From: Macrostomum lignano
Lineage: Eukaryota
Direction: 5' to 3'
Length of the DNA: 64,000 nucleotides
NCBI GenBank assembly: GCA_002269645.1
Contig: NIVC01001771.1
Location: 175,473 to 239,472 of the forward strand
Positions 37,101 through 50,571 of the stretch are shown piece after piece. Below the pieces are notes generated by a model, which saw nothing but the letters and a program-made list of their open reading frames with translations, did not search any database and had not been told where the DNA came from. Positions within the stretch are counted from its first letter, which is position 1. Each line of letters opens with the position of its first letter. Made by a program: the position numbers and the translations under genes.

Positions 37101-39296
37101 TCATTTACATGTACGCCCCAACAGCATTAATAAAATTCAAGCGCGCCAGCGAACACTGTATTCGGGCTTGTAAATTCTTAATAATCATGAAGTTCGATCT
37201 GAATGTAAGAATACGTTGGCGCCTACACTTGAACTCCAATCACGGAGTGGTCTGCCTGTCCTTTGCCATGCTTTTGGCCCATCTCAGTGTAACATATACA
37301 AGCTAAACTGTGCAGCGAATTGCGATGCGAAAAACTGTACAAGTTAACTGCACATGCAATGCAACTCTCTGGCAGACGCTACAGTTGGAAGATTGCGACA
37401 GCATTGCTTCTAGAAACATTAGCCATCAACAGTTTCAGTTTTAGCGCCTCTAATACGGTTGCTGTAAACTGAAGGCACTTGAACTGCAGCTAGCAATGTA
37501 AATGTGCTGCACACCACAGTTCCTATGCTATAATGTAAACAGGTGTTAAAACATTTTCATGATAGCTATATTTATTGCTCTCAACCAAGTCTAAACCTAT
37601 GTGGCCCGTCAATTCTTCATCGAAAAAATGAACAACGAAGCAGTAACAGCCCATTGTAAAATATTTCTTGGCAAAGGTGAGTTCCAAAAGTGCTGCTCGA
37701 TTATCAAACATTTTACTGAATTCAATTTTGTCTGAATTTATTCGTCTATCAATCAAATAGGTAAGTACGACTTCTGCTTGCCACTTAAATTGCACTTTTT
37801 GCTATAACCTACTGCTACAACAACTACGAGCGTATGCTACATTTTCGGTGCAAAATGCATCAATATTTTGCTTTCATTCATTCATTGGTTTTGGCTAATT
37901 ACTGTACTTGTACATGACAGACAAGTTCGACCTATTCGCAAAAGGGCTGTCTGTGGCGCAACGCCTTCAGCGTCCTACATAAGAACGATCTTATTTAAAA
38001 ATTGCAATCGCAAAATTAACCAATTTGATTGCCGTAATATAAAAAATGAACTAACTCTGTTTTCATACATGGCTGTTTGCGGCGTTTCACAATAATTCAT
38101 TAGTAATTTATTCTTTTGATTCGTTTTGAATATACTATTCTTTAAATTTCTATAGAATAATCTTGTTTTGTAATAATACGATACGAGTAATGCATAACAA
38201 GCTAAAGTAATTATATAAATAGGTACAACGTATTCGTATCATGTTGCTAATAGTGCAAATTAGAGGGGCAAATAATATAATGATAAGCAAGGATAATTGC
38301 AATCGTACATAGTATGTACATAGTATGTACACTATGCCTAGGCTACCCTTTCTGACCTGCGTACGTCTTATCTTATTTGTGAATCAAACGGAATGGTAGG
38401 GAATCTGATGTAAAATCGTGTGATTTTATGGCCACGCGAATGACCCTTTCAGGCAATGTACATGTGTTGACGCGGTTGTTTAAATAAAAACAGTCAGTAA
38501 TAGATTTTATTGGCTTTGGGGGAATTCCACTGGCATTCAAACTTTGGTGTACATTAAGACAAAGAAAGGTTATCAGTGTGCTAGACAGTTGCGATTTAAC
38601 TTTAGACTTTGTCCAAACTCCTAAGGCCTTAGAAGCGCAAGTGAAAATCAAACGAAAGTTAACGTGGTGTTACGACATTACGAGGTAAGCAAATTCGTTT
38701 TGTTAGATTTTTTTGTGTTTTTGAAAGTACTGTGTACAACTAATTATAGCATAGTTTATTTAAGAATTCAAGCATTCATTTTAAGGCTGCCAATCACAAT
38801 CAGTTTCTACTTGTACTTTCTTCTATAGTCAAAACACAGTCTATGGTCTCTATGGTCTGTAGCACACATGCACAGGATTCAGGAAGAGAGCATCGGAGTT
38901 AAGGCTTGGATGTCACCACGGTTGCCAAGATTGGAGCCTGGTTTGCACACACTGCTTGGCCCGTGAAACTATCTGATTAAGCACACGTAGTCTGATAGTT
39001 TTTAGTCACAATTGCAACTCACAGTTGCATTTTTGACTTGTTCGCTATGTGCATCACAAAATGTTATTCACTCCATCACTTGTTCGCTTTCTGCGTCGCT
39101 AATGATTACTGACCTGAGATTAAAGTCCGAATTCAATATTTTGAATTCAATGCACTCCCTATGTACGCTTTTGGCCATAGACAATCGTCGAAGCATGGGT
39201 TGAAGTCAAGGACAACTTGATAACTCAGGACCGGAAACGAGCCAATTCATAGCGAAAAAAGTATGAGGCTCGTTTAAAGGTATTGTTCTATGACTC

Positions 39297-39536
39297 CAGA
39301 TTATAAAATTGGAGTAAATTACTGTACGCCCTCGTTAGTGAGAATGCGAAAAAAACAAATTTTGAATAATATATCCACGGACTACAAAGATTGAATGTTC
39401 AAAGAGCTGTACAGCCTACTTAAAATGTAATGCATAAGTTATTGCCTAAGTACTTGTACTATATATATTCTTGTACTATATACTGTACTTCTCACTAACG
39501 AGGGCGTACAGTAATTTACTCCAATTTTATAATCTG
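39297..39536. mobile_element. Small MITE-like element with 48-bp perfect inverted repeats
   Basis: 39297-39344 is the exact reverse complement of 39489-39536. Confidence 0.65.
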
Positions 39537-40397
39537 TGGCGTGGCTTCCATGAGTATGGCACATCGTTAAATGTGTGTGGCACAACCGTGTAATGTGCCA
39601 AATAATTTTCTTTTCAAAACGGCACAACTTTCTGACATTGTTCCATGTCGCTAGAACTCAGCAATAACTTCAGCAATAGGTTTCCGGTGTTTTTGTACTT
39701 TTAATCGATTTTATCTACAAAAAACGAACCGGCACAAAACTGAAACTGCGTGGCACAAACTCCCAATAGCAACATCTGTAAAGTGTATATTATTTCGCGA
39801 GTGGCACAGCTGCCTTGTTTTTTTCTATTGCTGGAGCTATTGCTGAGGACCGCGGAGTGTTCTATGGCCCATCCGTATGCGCATGCTTTCAGTTGCCAAT
39901 GTATACTTGTATCATATTTGACTTTTTGATAGGCAGTCAGAAGGCGGGTGCAGGATCAAGTTGTCCTTGGTTGGAGTATGGTTGGCCGTGTCTTTAAATT
40001 GAATGCTCGGTTTCTCAAATAAAATGAGAAATATTGTCACTTGGCCCTGGCCATAGACTACGGCAACGTATTTTTTGGAGTTTATGTCCAAAGCCATAAA
40101 TACGTTTCTTTACCTTGTACCTAGTGCACTTTAATTACGGTATAATTACGCCTAAAATAGCTACAGACAGCGCACTAAAAGTTATTAAAGTCAGTCCCTA
40201 TATATATGTTCAATTTTTTTCAAATCGTCTCTGAAACTACGCTGTATTGCAGTGTGTAGGCACTGCTTGGCTTCTGATTAAGATGGATCTGCTTTCACGG
40301 CATTTATTTGCAGGTTTTAGCTAATTCAATAATTTGAGCTGTTAGCTATATCTTGCTTCTGTTCACTTCAGTTTAGAAGACGAAAACAACCAAAGGA

Positions 40398-40476
40398 ATG
40401 CACAGTAGCCGGCCAACTGACCGCTGCTTCCTAGCGATTCTGCTTCCGTTCCTGTTTACAATGTCAGCTTGTAGTG
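40398..40476 (+). CDS. Lectin-like/Ig membrane receptor, exon 1 (signal peptide)
   Basis: MHSSRPTDRCFLAILLPFLFTMSACS+G|gtaagt; phase 1 matches exon 2. Confidence 0.75.
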
Positions 40477-40494
40477 GTAAGTTTATTCCTGACT

Positions 40495-40985
40495 TATTGG
40501 GGAGCTGTAGGGGGTACTGTTGTTGGGGAGCTGTAGGGGGTACTGTTGTTGGAGAGCTGTAGGGGGTACTGTTGTTGGGGATCTGTAGGAGTACTGTTAG
40601 GGAGCTGTAAGGGACATTGTTGGAGAGCTGTAGGGGGTACTGTTGTTGGGGAGCTGTAGGGGTACTGTTGTTGGGGAGCTGTAGGGGTACTGTTGTTGGG
40701 GAGCTGTAGGGGTACTGTTGTTGGGGAGCTGTAAGGGTACTGTTAGGGAGCTGTAAGGGACATTGTTGGAGAGCTGTAGGGGGTACTGTTGTTGGGGAGC
40801 TGTAGGGGGTACTGTTAGGGAGCTGTAAGGGACATTGTTGGAGAGCTGTAGGGGGTACTGTTGTTGGGGAGCTGTAGGGGTACTGTTGTTGGGGAGCTGT
40901 ATGGGTACTGTTGTTGGGGAGCTGTAGGGGGTACTGTTGTTGGGGAGCTGTAGGGGGTACTGTTGTTGGAGAGCTGTAGGGGGCA
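40495..40985. repeat. 26-bp minisatellite (GGGGAGCTGTAGGGGGTACTGTTGTT)n, intron 1
   Basis: About 19 copies with variants. Confidence 0.93.
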
Positions 40986-41062
40986 CTGCTGGGCTGTGCG
41001 CTTTGTCTTAGCTTTGGCCTACGAGTGAAAGGAAGCATTCGGCAATTTCCTTTTTTACTCAG

Positions 41063-41290
41063 ATGGCAAAATCGCGGTGCGGCAGGCTCAGATCGCCCAG
41101 TCCTGGCAGTCGAGCGTCTACACCGGTAACGAAGACTACTGCTTCATGATGCGGCCGAGGTCGCTGGGCGACTGGAACTACTTCCACTCCGGGGAGGAGC
41201 CCGACGCCTCCGGCTATCAGTGGCTGCTGATAAAGCTGGCCAAGCCTGCGAGACTGGTGGCCGTCACTGTGTTTGCCAGGCCTGGGGAAT
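41063..41290 (+). CDS. Receptor exon 2 (F-type-lectin/discoidin-like domain, N-half)
   Basis: tttactcag|; AQSWQSSVY...YFHSGEEPDASGYQWLLIKLAKPARLVAVTVFAR resembles the FTP pattern QSS..HT..PWW.VDL..V..V.I..R; donor t|gtaatc. Confidence 0.75.
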
Positions 41291-41298
41291 GTAATCCA

Positions 41299-41735
<437 letters not shown>

Positions 41736-41765
41736 ATCTATCTCTATCTATCTATTGACTTGCAG

Positions 41766-41983
41766 TGAAGCGCCGGGCGGTGGGCACAGAGGTGCTGCTG
41801 CTCGGTGAGCAGGTGCCGAACGGCCTGCTGCAGCCCGAAGCGAGCTCCCACTGTCTGGCCAGCCTGGCAGGGCTCTCGGCTGACGGAGCCACCAATGGAA
41901 TTTTCCAGTGCGGTCGCGTCAGAACTGATGATGCTGAAAGCGCGAAGCTGGACTTCGCCTGTCACCAGACTGACTGCGCCAGG
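41766..41983 (+). CDS. Receptor exon 3 (lectin-like domain C-half; internal frame break)
   Basis: ttgcag|; LKRRAVGTEVLLLG...HCL...GIFQC. The 3' end only joins exon 4 in another frame (SWTSPVTRLTAPG). Confidence 0.6.
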
Positions 41984-42257
41984 GTAAAATTTTTTAATTT
42001 TTGGACTTGTTTGGACTTTGATACCGGTAGTATAAAAGTATAATTGGAGATGCATACTTAAAAACAATCAATACGGATTAACCATTGCAGTTGACTCGCT
42101 TCATACTGCTTAGACGGCTTGTGCGCGACCAAGCTGATAAAATATTTAACTTTGTTGGACTGGAAATCGAGGAAAGTAAGTTAACTGTCTCATTGTGCAG
42201 CTGTTTGTGCTACATTTTACGAAACAGTAATTAGATTTATTGCATGGCTAATTTTTC

Positions 42258-42929
42258 ACTCTGATAACAGCTCACCTGCAGCCCAGACTGACTCGATTGT
42301 AATTAGCTGAGACTCTGATAACAGCTCACCTGCAGCCCAGACTGACCCGATTGTAATTAGCTGAGACTCTGATAACAGCTCACCTGCAGCCCAGACTGAC
42401 CCGATTGTAATTAGCTGAGACTCTGATAACAGCTCACCTGCAGCCCAGACTGACCCGATTGTAATTAGCTGAGACTCTGATAACAGCTCACCTGCAGTCC
42501 AGACTGACTCGATTGTAATTAGCTGAGACTCTGATAACAGCTCACCTGCAGCCCAGACTGACTCGATTGTAATTAGCTGAGACTCTGATAACAGCTCACC
42601 TGCAGCCCAGACTGACCCGATTGTAATTAGCTGAGACTCTGATAACAGCTCACCTGCAGTCCAGACTGACTCGATTGTAATTAGCTGAGACTCTGATAAC
42701 AGCTCACCTGCAGCCCAGACTGACTCGATTGTAATTAGCTGAGACTCTGATAACAGCTCACCTGCAGCCCAGACTGACCCGATTGTAATTAGCTGAGACT
42801 CTGATAACAGCTCACCTGCAGCCCAGACTGACTCGATTGTAATTAGCTGAGACTCAGATAACAGCTCACCTGCAGTCCAGACTGACTCGATTGTAATTAG
42901 CTGAGACTCTGATAACAGCTCACCTGCAG
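42258..42929. repeat. 54-bp minisatellite in intron 3; the unit contains CTGATAAC...CTCACCTGCAG
   Basis: About 12.5 copies; the last copy supplies the exon 4 acceptor. Confidence 0.93.
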
Positions 42930-43161
42930 CTTCAATATTGTCAATCATGACCCATCAGGCCAGTCATCAGAGTTCCTCACCTGCGAAATGAGAAGCGGCA
43001 AAGTTGGCGACTGCACTCGCAACGGCCTCTACCAGCAGAGGGCCGGCCGGGCGTCCCAGCTGGTCAAAGCCTGCTTGCCTTGCCAGCTGACTGTGCAGGA
43101 TGAAGTGCCCAGCTGCCAGCTGACGCAGCCAGGCTCGCAGGATGTCCAGGATTTACGAGTG
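42930..43161 (+). CDS. Receptor exon 4
   Basis: FNIVNHDPSGQSSEFLTCEM (FTP-like LCEV end)...PSCQLTQPGSQDVQDLRV; donor |gtgagt. Confidence 0.6.
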
Positions 43162-43216
43162 GTGAGTATAATCTGCATTGTTTGCAGGCAATCTCAATTT
43201 AACGATTCTGCAGTAG

Positions 43217-43452
43217 ATGGTATCCTATGGGTCGGGGAGTGACCCAGGATTACTCCAAAGCTGTTTTTCAATCAGAGCCAGCCAGTGTGCCGCGACTTCA
43301 AGCCGCAAAATTTCAGCTGCCGGTCAGTCGGCCGCAGTCCGGGTTTCTTTTCATGCTGAGCGAATGCCCGCAGTGTGGCCTGCGGTGCAGCTACCGGTGC
43401 TCTGGTCAGCCTGGGGCACTGCGCAGAATCTCTGACACCATCCTGTTTCATG
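43217..43452 (+). CDS. Receptor exon 5 (Ig-like)
   Basis: WYPMGRG...CSYRCSGQPG...ILFH+G|gtgagc. The 5' junction is one base out of phase with exon 4. Confidence 0.6.
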
Positions 43453-43534
43453 GTGAGCAGGTCTTTCTTATTTATTAACTGTAGTAATATTCAAGAGACC
43501 TATTATTATGCATAATATGTCACTATGAAATTTA

Positions 43535-44465
<931 letters not shown>

Positions 44466-44612
44466 GGTTATTTCTCGGAGTTTTACTCAGGCACAAGCTC
44501 ACACACGGTGCACACAATCCGTTCATAATTGGGGATTGGCCGTGCCACGAATCGCAAGTTCAACTGGGAATCGAACCCAAGGACGCGTTGCTGTTCCGCT
44601 CATGCTTACATC
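44466..44612 (-). mobile_element. Short tRNA-derived SINE whose 3' end runs into the (AACT)n array
   Basis: Minus strand: degenerate A box, GGGTTCGATTCCC B box, then ...CTCCGAGAAATAACC AACTAACT... Confidence 0.55.
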
Positions 44613-44636
44613 AGAAAATATTTATCTCCATAACAG

Positions 44637-44842
44637 AGCCGCCAAAAGCAGTGAAGCTCTTGTTTAGAGATACGAATCCGGAGGCTGAGCAGCTGCCGCG
44701 GTCGCAGTACTGGCCAGCTGACCAGCTCAGAACAATCGTTTTCTTCACTGAGTCGGCGTTTCCTAAGCCTGAGCACAGCTGCCTGCTCACTGGGCCGTGT
44801 CTAGCCAGTGGTACCGAGCTGATACCCACCAAGAGCGAAATT
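44637..44842 (+). CDS. Receptor exon 6 (Ig-like)
   Basis: aacag|; EPPKAVKLLF...HSCLLTGPC...KSEI|gtaaga; phases 1 and 0 consistent. Confidence 0.8.
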
Positions 44843-44894
44843 GTAAGATTGCTCTGCGATTGTGTGTGTAATTCACATGGGTTTGAGACATTGG

Positions 44895-45590
44895 GGCGAG
44901 CTCTAGATGGTAGGGGAGGTGGGGAATCGGGGAACTCTAGATGGTAGGGGGGGTGGGGAATCGGGGAACTCTAGATGGTAGGGGAGGTGGGGAATCGGAG
45001 AGCTCTAGATCGTAGGGGAGGTGGGGAATCGGAGAGCTCTAGATCGTAGGGGGGTGGGGAATCGGGGAACTCTAGATGGTAGGGGAGGTGGGGGATCGGA
45101 GAGCTCTAGATCGTAGGGGAGGTGGGGAATCGGGGAACTCTAGATGGTAGGGGGGTGGGGAATCGGGGAACTCTAGATGGTAGGGGAGGTGGGGAATCGG
45201 GGAACTCTAGATGGTAGGGGAGGTGGGGAATCGGGGAACTCTAGATGGTAGGGGAGGTGGGGAATCGGGGAACTCTAGATGGTAGGGGAGGTGGGGAATC
45301 GGGGAGCTCTAGATGGTAGGGGAGGTGGGGAATCGGGGAACTCTAGATGGTAGGGGGTGGGGAATCGGGGAACTCTAGATGGTAGGGGGGTGGGGAATCG
45401 GGGAACTCTAGATGGTAGGGGAGGTGGGGAATCGGGGAGCTCTAGTTGGTAGGGGGGGGGAGAATCGGGGAACTCTAGATGGTAGGGGAGGTGGGGAATC
45501 GGGGAACTCTAGATGGTAGGGGAGGTGGGGAATCGGGGAGCTCTAGTTGGTAGGGGGGGGAGAATCGGGGAACTCTAGATGGTAGGGGAG
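44895..45590. repeat. 34-bp G-rich minisatellite (GGGGAATCGGGGAACTCTAGATGGTAGGGGAGGT)n, intron 6
   Basis: About 20 copies. Confidence 0.95.
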
Positions 45591-45687
45591 TTGATTAACT
45601 ATAATTATCAGAATTGATTTTTGAGTGCTTTGATTGTATTATGCATAGCAATAAATAGCACTTAGCAATATCTCCATTTGCATTTAG

Positions 45688-45862
45688 CTTTCATCGGCTC
45701 CTTCATCCAATGGCATACCCACATTCAGCCTATTGAGCAAGTACCGCCTGTTTGCCAATAAGTCAATCAGCAGATGCTCGATCAGATGCTATTCGCGAAG
45801 CCAAGGATCGCCAGGCACCCAGCAGCCAGAGATGAAAGAGGCGCAGTTGCCCCAGCTAGTCT
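45688..45862 (+). CDS. Receptor exon 7
   Basis: catttag|LSSAPSSNG...RCSIRCYS...PQLV+T|gtaagt. Confidence 0.8.
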
Positions 45863-45943
45863 GTAAGTGCGGTGCTGAAGTACTATTTCTAACATTGAAA
45901 ATCGTGTGTTCCGATCAGGCAGTCCATATTGATTGATTCGCAG

Positions 45944-46104
45944 ATGAATGCAACACTGTGTTCCATGTGCCCACGAGAGAGCGCTGGATTGAAGGCGCTG
46001 TGCTCGACTTGAAAGTTGACTCGTCAAAAAATAATCCTGTGCCAACGCTGCACACCTGCTCGTTGAGAACTGTGTACGGGTTCATTGCGCTAAACCCAAT
46101 TTCG
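45944..46104 (+). CDS. Receptor exon 8 (Ig-like)
   Basis: ttcgcag|; YECNTVFHV...NPVPTLHTC...NPIS|gtgagc. Confidence 0.8.
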
Positions 46105-46209
46105 GTGAGCAGCTGCCAGATTAATGGGGCTGTGGGGCGAAAGAGCGTTTGATGGGGCGACAGATTTTGAAGGTTATAGAGATATAGGACTTAGGGATTT
46201 GGTGTATGA

Positions 46210-46680
46210 CAACTTGGGGTTTGGGGTATGAGAAGCTGGGGTTTGGGGTATGAGAATTAGGGGTTTGGGGTATGAGAATTAGGGGTTTAAGGTATGAGAA
46301 TTAGGGGTTTGGGGTATGAGAATTTGTAGTTTGGGGTATGAGAATTAGGGGTTTGGGGTATGAGAATTAGGGGTTTGGGGTATGAGAATTAGGGGTTTGG
46401 GGTATGAGAATTAGGGGTTTGGGGTATGAGAAGCTGGGGTTTGGGGTATGAGAATTAGGGGTTTGGGGTATGAGAATTAGGGGTTTGGGGTATGAGAATT
46501 AGGGGTTTGGGGTATGAGAATCTGGGGTTTGGGGTATGAGAATTTGGGGTTTGGGGTATGAGAATTAGGGGTTTGGGGTATGAGAATCTGGGGTTTGGGG
46601 TATGAGAATCTGGGGTTTGGGGTATGAGAATTTGGGGTTTGGGGTGTGAGAATTTGGGGTTCTGAGTATGAGAATTGGTG
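46210..46680. repeat. 22-bp G-rich minisatellite (GGGGTTTGGGGTATGAGAATTA)n, intron 8
   Basis: About 21 copies. Confidence 0.95.
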
Positions 46681-46819
46681 TTAATGTTCTTGGTGGGAAC
46701 GAAAATTAGGGAAGACACAACTGAGACGGCATGGTGTTGAGTAAGGAAGGGATTTGAGCATTTTCACTGCGCAATACTGATAAAGCTGCTAAATACAAAA
46801 GTTTAAAAATGCACTTCAG

Positions 46820-46955
46820 ACCACCCTGAAGACAAGCACTTACAGACTGAATGCCACTCGCAGCTGGGGCACGCATGTGGCAATCGTGTGCCAGGTGAAC
46901 CAGTCAGGCGTTCATGTGCAGTCAAATGTGCAGCACCCGCTGCCTGATGTGCTAT
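46820..46955 (+). CDS. Receptor exon 9 (Ig-like)
   Basis: cttcag|TTLKTSTYRLNATRSWGTHVAIVCQVNQ...PDVL+T|gtgagt. Confidence 0.82.
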
Positions 46956-47059
46956 GTGAGTAATCATTCAACAATATTGCTTCGGTCATGGGGTGTTTCA
47001 ATTAATGGCAGTGAGGAATCGGTAGTGTAGCCATCATTTTTTTTAAATTCATCGGACAG

Positions 47060-47196
47060 ACACGGCTGAGACAGAGATTTCAAGCTGCATGGTGGACCAG
47101 GCCAGCATCCGGGTCACGGTGGTGACCACCGGCGGGATTCCACCGCCCAATTCCGTTCTCTGCGGCGTCGGCAAGGACGCCCAGTCTGTCAGCTCA
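47060..47196 (+). CDS. Receptor exon 10 (Ig-like)
   Basis: ggacag|; YTAETEIS...VTTGGIPPPNSVLC...SVSS|gtgagt; GG.P.P is an Ig C2-type signature. Confidence 0.8.
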
Positions 47197-47274
47197 GTGA
47201 GTGAATTGTGCATGTCTGAGGACCGTCTCGGGGATCCGGGGGTGGCCGCGTAGCAACTGAGCATCTACGGGCGG

Positions 47275-49330
47275 TTACCCAGCAACTGAGGATCTGAGAA
47301 TTTTAGGGTTGCCCAGCAACTGAGGATCTGGGAGGGTTAGGGTTGCCCAGCAACTGAGGATCTGGGAGGGTTAGGGTTGCCCAGCAACTGAGGATCTGAG
47401 AATGTTAGGGTTGCCCAGCAACTGAGGATCTGAGAATATTAGGGTTACCCAGCAACTGAGGATCTGAGAATGTTAGGGTTACCCAGCAACTGAGGATCTG
47501 AGAATGTTAGGGTTACCCAGCAACTGAGGATCTGAGAATGTTAGGGTTACCCAGCAACTGAGGATCTGAGAATGTTAGGGTTACCCAGCAACTGAGCATC
47601 TGAGAATATTAGGGTTACCCAGCAACTGAGGATCTGAGAATGTTAGGGTTACCCAGCAACTGAGGATCTGAGAATGTTAGGGTTGCCCAGCAACTGAGGA
47701 TCTGAGAATGTTAGGGTTACCCAGCAACTGAGCATCTGAGAATATTAGGGTTGCCCAGCAACTGAGGATCTGAGAATGTTAGGGTTACCCAGCAACTGAG
47801 CATCTGAGAATATTAGGGTTACCCAGCAACTGAGGATCTGAGAATGTTAGGGTTACCCAGCAACTGAGGATCTGAGAATGTTAGGGTTGCCCAGCAACTG
47901 AGGATCTGAGAATGTTAGGGTTACCCAGCAACTGAGGATCTGAGAATGTTAGGGTTGCCCAGCAACTGAGGATCTGAGAATGTTAGGGTTACCCAGCAAC
48001 TGAGCATCTGAGAATATTAGGGTTGCCCAGCAACTGAGGATCTGAGAATGTTAGGGTTACCCAGCAACTGAGCATCTGGGGAGGGTTAGGGTTACCCAGC
48101 AACTGAGGATCTGAGAATGTTAGGGTTACCCAGCAACTGAGGATCTGAGAATGTTAGGGTTGCCCAGCAACTGAGGATCTGAGAATGTTAGGGTTACCCA
48201 GCAACTGAGCATCTGAGAATATTAGGGTTACCCAGCAACTGAGGATCTGAGAATGTTAGGGTTACCCAGCAACTGAGGATCTGAGAATGTTAGGGTTACC
48301 CAGCAACTGAGCATCTGAGAATATTAGGGTTACCCAGCAACTGAGGATCTGAGAATGTTAGGGTTACCCAGCAACTGAGCATCTGGGGAGGGTTAGGGTT
48401 GCCCAGCAACTGAGGATCTGAGAATGTTAGGGTTACCCAGCAACTGAGCATCTGAGAATATTAGGGTTACCCAGCAACTGAGGATCTGAGAATGTTAGGG
48501 TTACCCAGCAACTGAGGATCTGAGAATGTTAGGGTTGCCCAGCAACTGAGCATCTGAGAATATTAGGGTTACCCAGCAACTGAGGATCTGAGAATGTTAG
48601 GGTTACCCAGCAACTGAGGATCTGAGAATGTTAGGGTTACCCAGCAACTGAGCATCTGGGGGAGGGTTAGGGTTGCCCAGCAACTGAGGATCTGAGAATG
48701 TTAGGGTTGCCCAGCAACTGAGGATCTGAGAATATTAGGGTTACCCAGCAACTGAGGATCTGAGAATGTTAGGGTTACCCAGCAACTGAGGATCTGAGAA
48801 TGTTAGGGTTACCCAGCAACTGAGGATCTGAGAATGTTAGGGTTGCCCAGCAACTGAGGATCTGAGAATGTTAGGGTTACCCAGCAACTGAGGATCTGAG
48901 AATGTTAGGGTTACCCAGCAACTGAGGATCTGAGAATGTTAGGGTTGCCCAGCAACTGAGGATCTGAGAATATTAGGGTTACCCAGCAACTGAGGATCTG
49001 AGAATGTTAGGGTTGCCCAGCAACTGAGCATCTGAGAATGTTAGGGTTACCCAGCAACTGAGGATCTGAGAATGTTAGGGTTACCCAGCAACTGAGCATC
49101 TGAGAATATTAGGGTTACCCAGCAACTGAGCATCTGAGAATATTAGGGTTACCCAGCAACTGAGGATCTGAGAATGTTAGGGTTACCCAGCAACTGAGCA
49201 TCTGAGAATATTAGGGTTACCCAGCAACTGAGGATCTGAGAATGTTAGGGTTACCCAGCAACTGAGGATCTGAGAATGTTAGGGTTACCCAGCAACTGAG
49301 CATCTGGGGAGGGTTAGGGTAGCCCAGAAA
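47275..49330. repeat. 33-bp minisatellite (CCAGCAACTGAGGATCTGAGAATGTTAGGGTTA)n, intron 10
   Basis: About 62 copies, each with TTAGGG. Confidence 0.96.
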
Positions 49331-49493
49331 CAGGATCTTACCCAGAAACTGAGGATCTGCGATAACGGCTCCAGCTGGGAGAATTTTGCTGTACGAACAT
49401 TGTACATTTGACCTTCCGGGTATTACTGCATTACCAATTAATAGTTGCTATGCTCGCCTACCTTGATCAATTTCATCAACTATCCAACTGCAG

Positions 49494-49683
49494 AGTCGGA
49501 CAAACGCCAGCAGCCTGGAGATCAGCTCGCTGAACTCCCTGACCTGGAGCTTTGACCCGATGCCACTTCCGGCGAAAGCTCTGGATAGGAAAATACTGTG
49601 CACCGTGTATCAGGCAGACCAAACCAGATTTCAATCCGAGCACAGTGCACTGTTTGAGACCGGCACAGCCAGCGCCTGTGAAG
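49494..49683 (+). CDS. Receptor exon 11 (Ig-like, juxtamembrane)
   Basis: actgcag|SRTNASSLEISSL...DRKILCTVYQ...ACE+G|gtgaga. Confidence 0.82.
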
Positions 49684-49984
49684 GTGAGAGCGGCTAACTT
49701 TGACCTTCGTCCCCACAAGCCCGCCGCTGATTCCTGAGCACATATACATGTAAGCGCGCCAATTAGCTGTACGCGCTCATACACTTTCTAATCGTCAGGC
49801 ATGTGGCCTAAGGGGTTCGTGCTGATTATTGTGAGTCACAATAAGTCTGATAGTCAGCCATACGCTCGTATGGGGGTCGCCATTGAAATATCCGTATTAC
49901 ATGGCATGAGACATATATTTTTATTTATAAATCTTTCTGCATTAGTTAGTTATTACATTGGGCCTTATGATAACACATGCTTGG

Positions 49985-50144
49985 GCGCAACCTTGGGATT
50001 CACCTGGCCGTTTCTATTGGCAACACACACACGTACGTCGCTATTGGACAGAATGGTAGTCACATGACTGACTGCTCTCAGCCAATAGCGACTTACATGT
50101 GTGTGTTGCCAATAGAAACGGCCGAGTGATTCCCAAGGTTGCGC
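49985..50144. repeat. About 63-bp inverted repeat pair forming a 160-bp hairpin (MITE-like)
   Basis: 49985-50047 is the near-perfect reverse complement of 50082-50144. Confidence 0.8.
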
Positions 50145-50571
50145 ATGTATCAGATGTTATCAGATAACACGTACATGTACATCAGGAATCGCGGCAAACT
50201 TTTTTTAAATCAAGAACCAGATAGAGAACCTACATGTAGAGCATGACTGTGGGCCAGAGGGGAGGGAGAAGAGAGGAGAGAATTGGGAGAATTGATCAAG
50301 AAGGGAGAGGAGAGGAGATTCGAGAGAAAAGATCGAGCTGAGAAGAAACAGTAGACACAAACCTTGATTAGAAGCTTCGCCGGCCGGATTTTGCCGACCC
50401 CGGATATTCACGTAGTACATTTAGCGACTAAGTTTTATTCATCTGGTTTAAGTGAAGTCAATTTGCGCACATTTGCAGTTTTCTAGTCAGAGAGTTCCTC
50501 TCTCTGATTGTGACATCTTAAACCTTACAAATACAAGAATTAAGAGCTATAGCTCGATTGAACTCTCGCAG

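Noticed and set aside
36054-40100. Scattered 60-140-aa ORFs in the AT-rich interval
   Set aside because: No domain motifs, no exon-like codon bias and no joinable splice sites.
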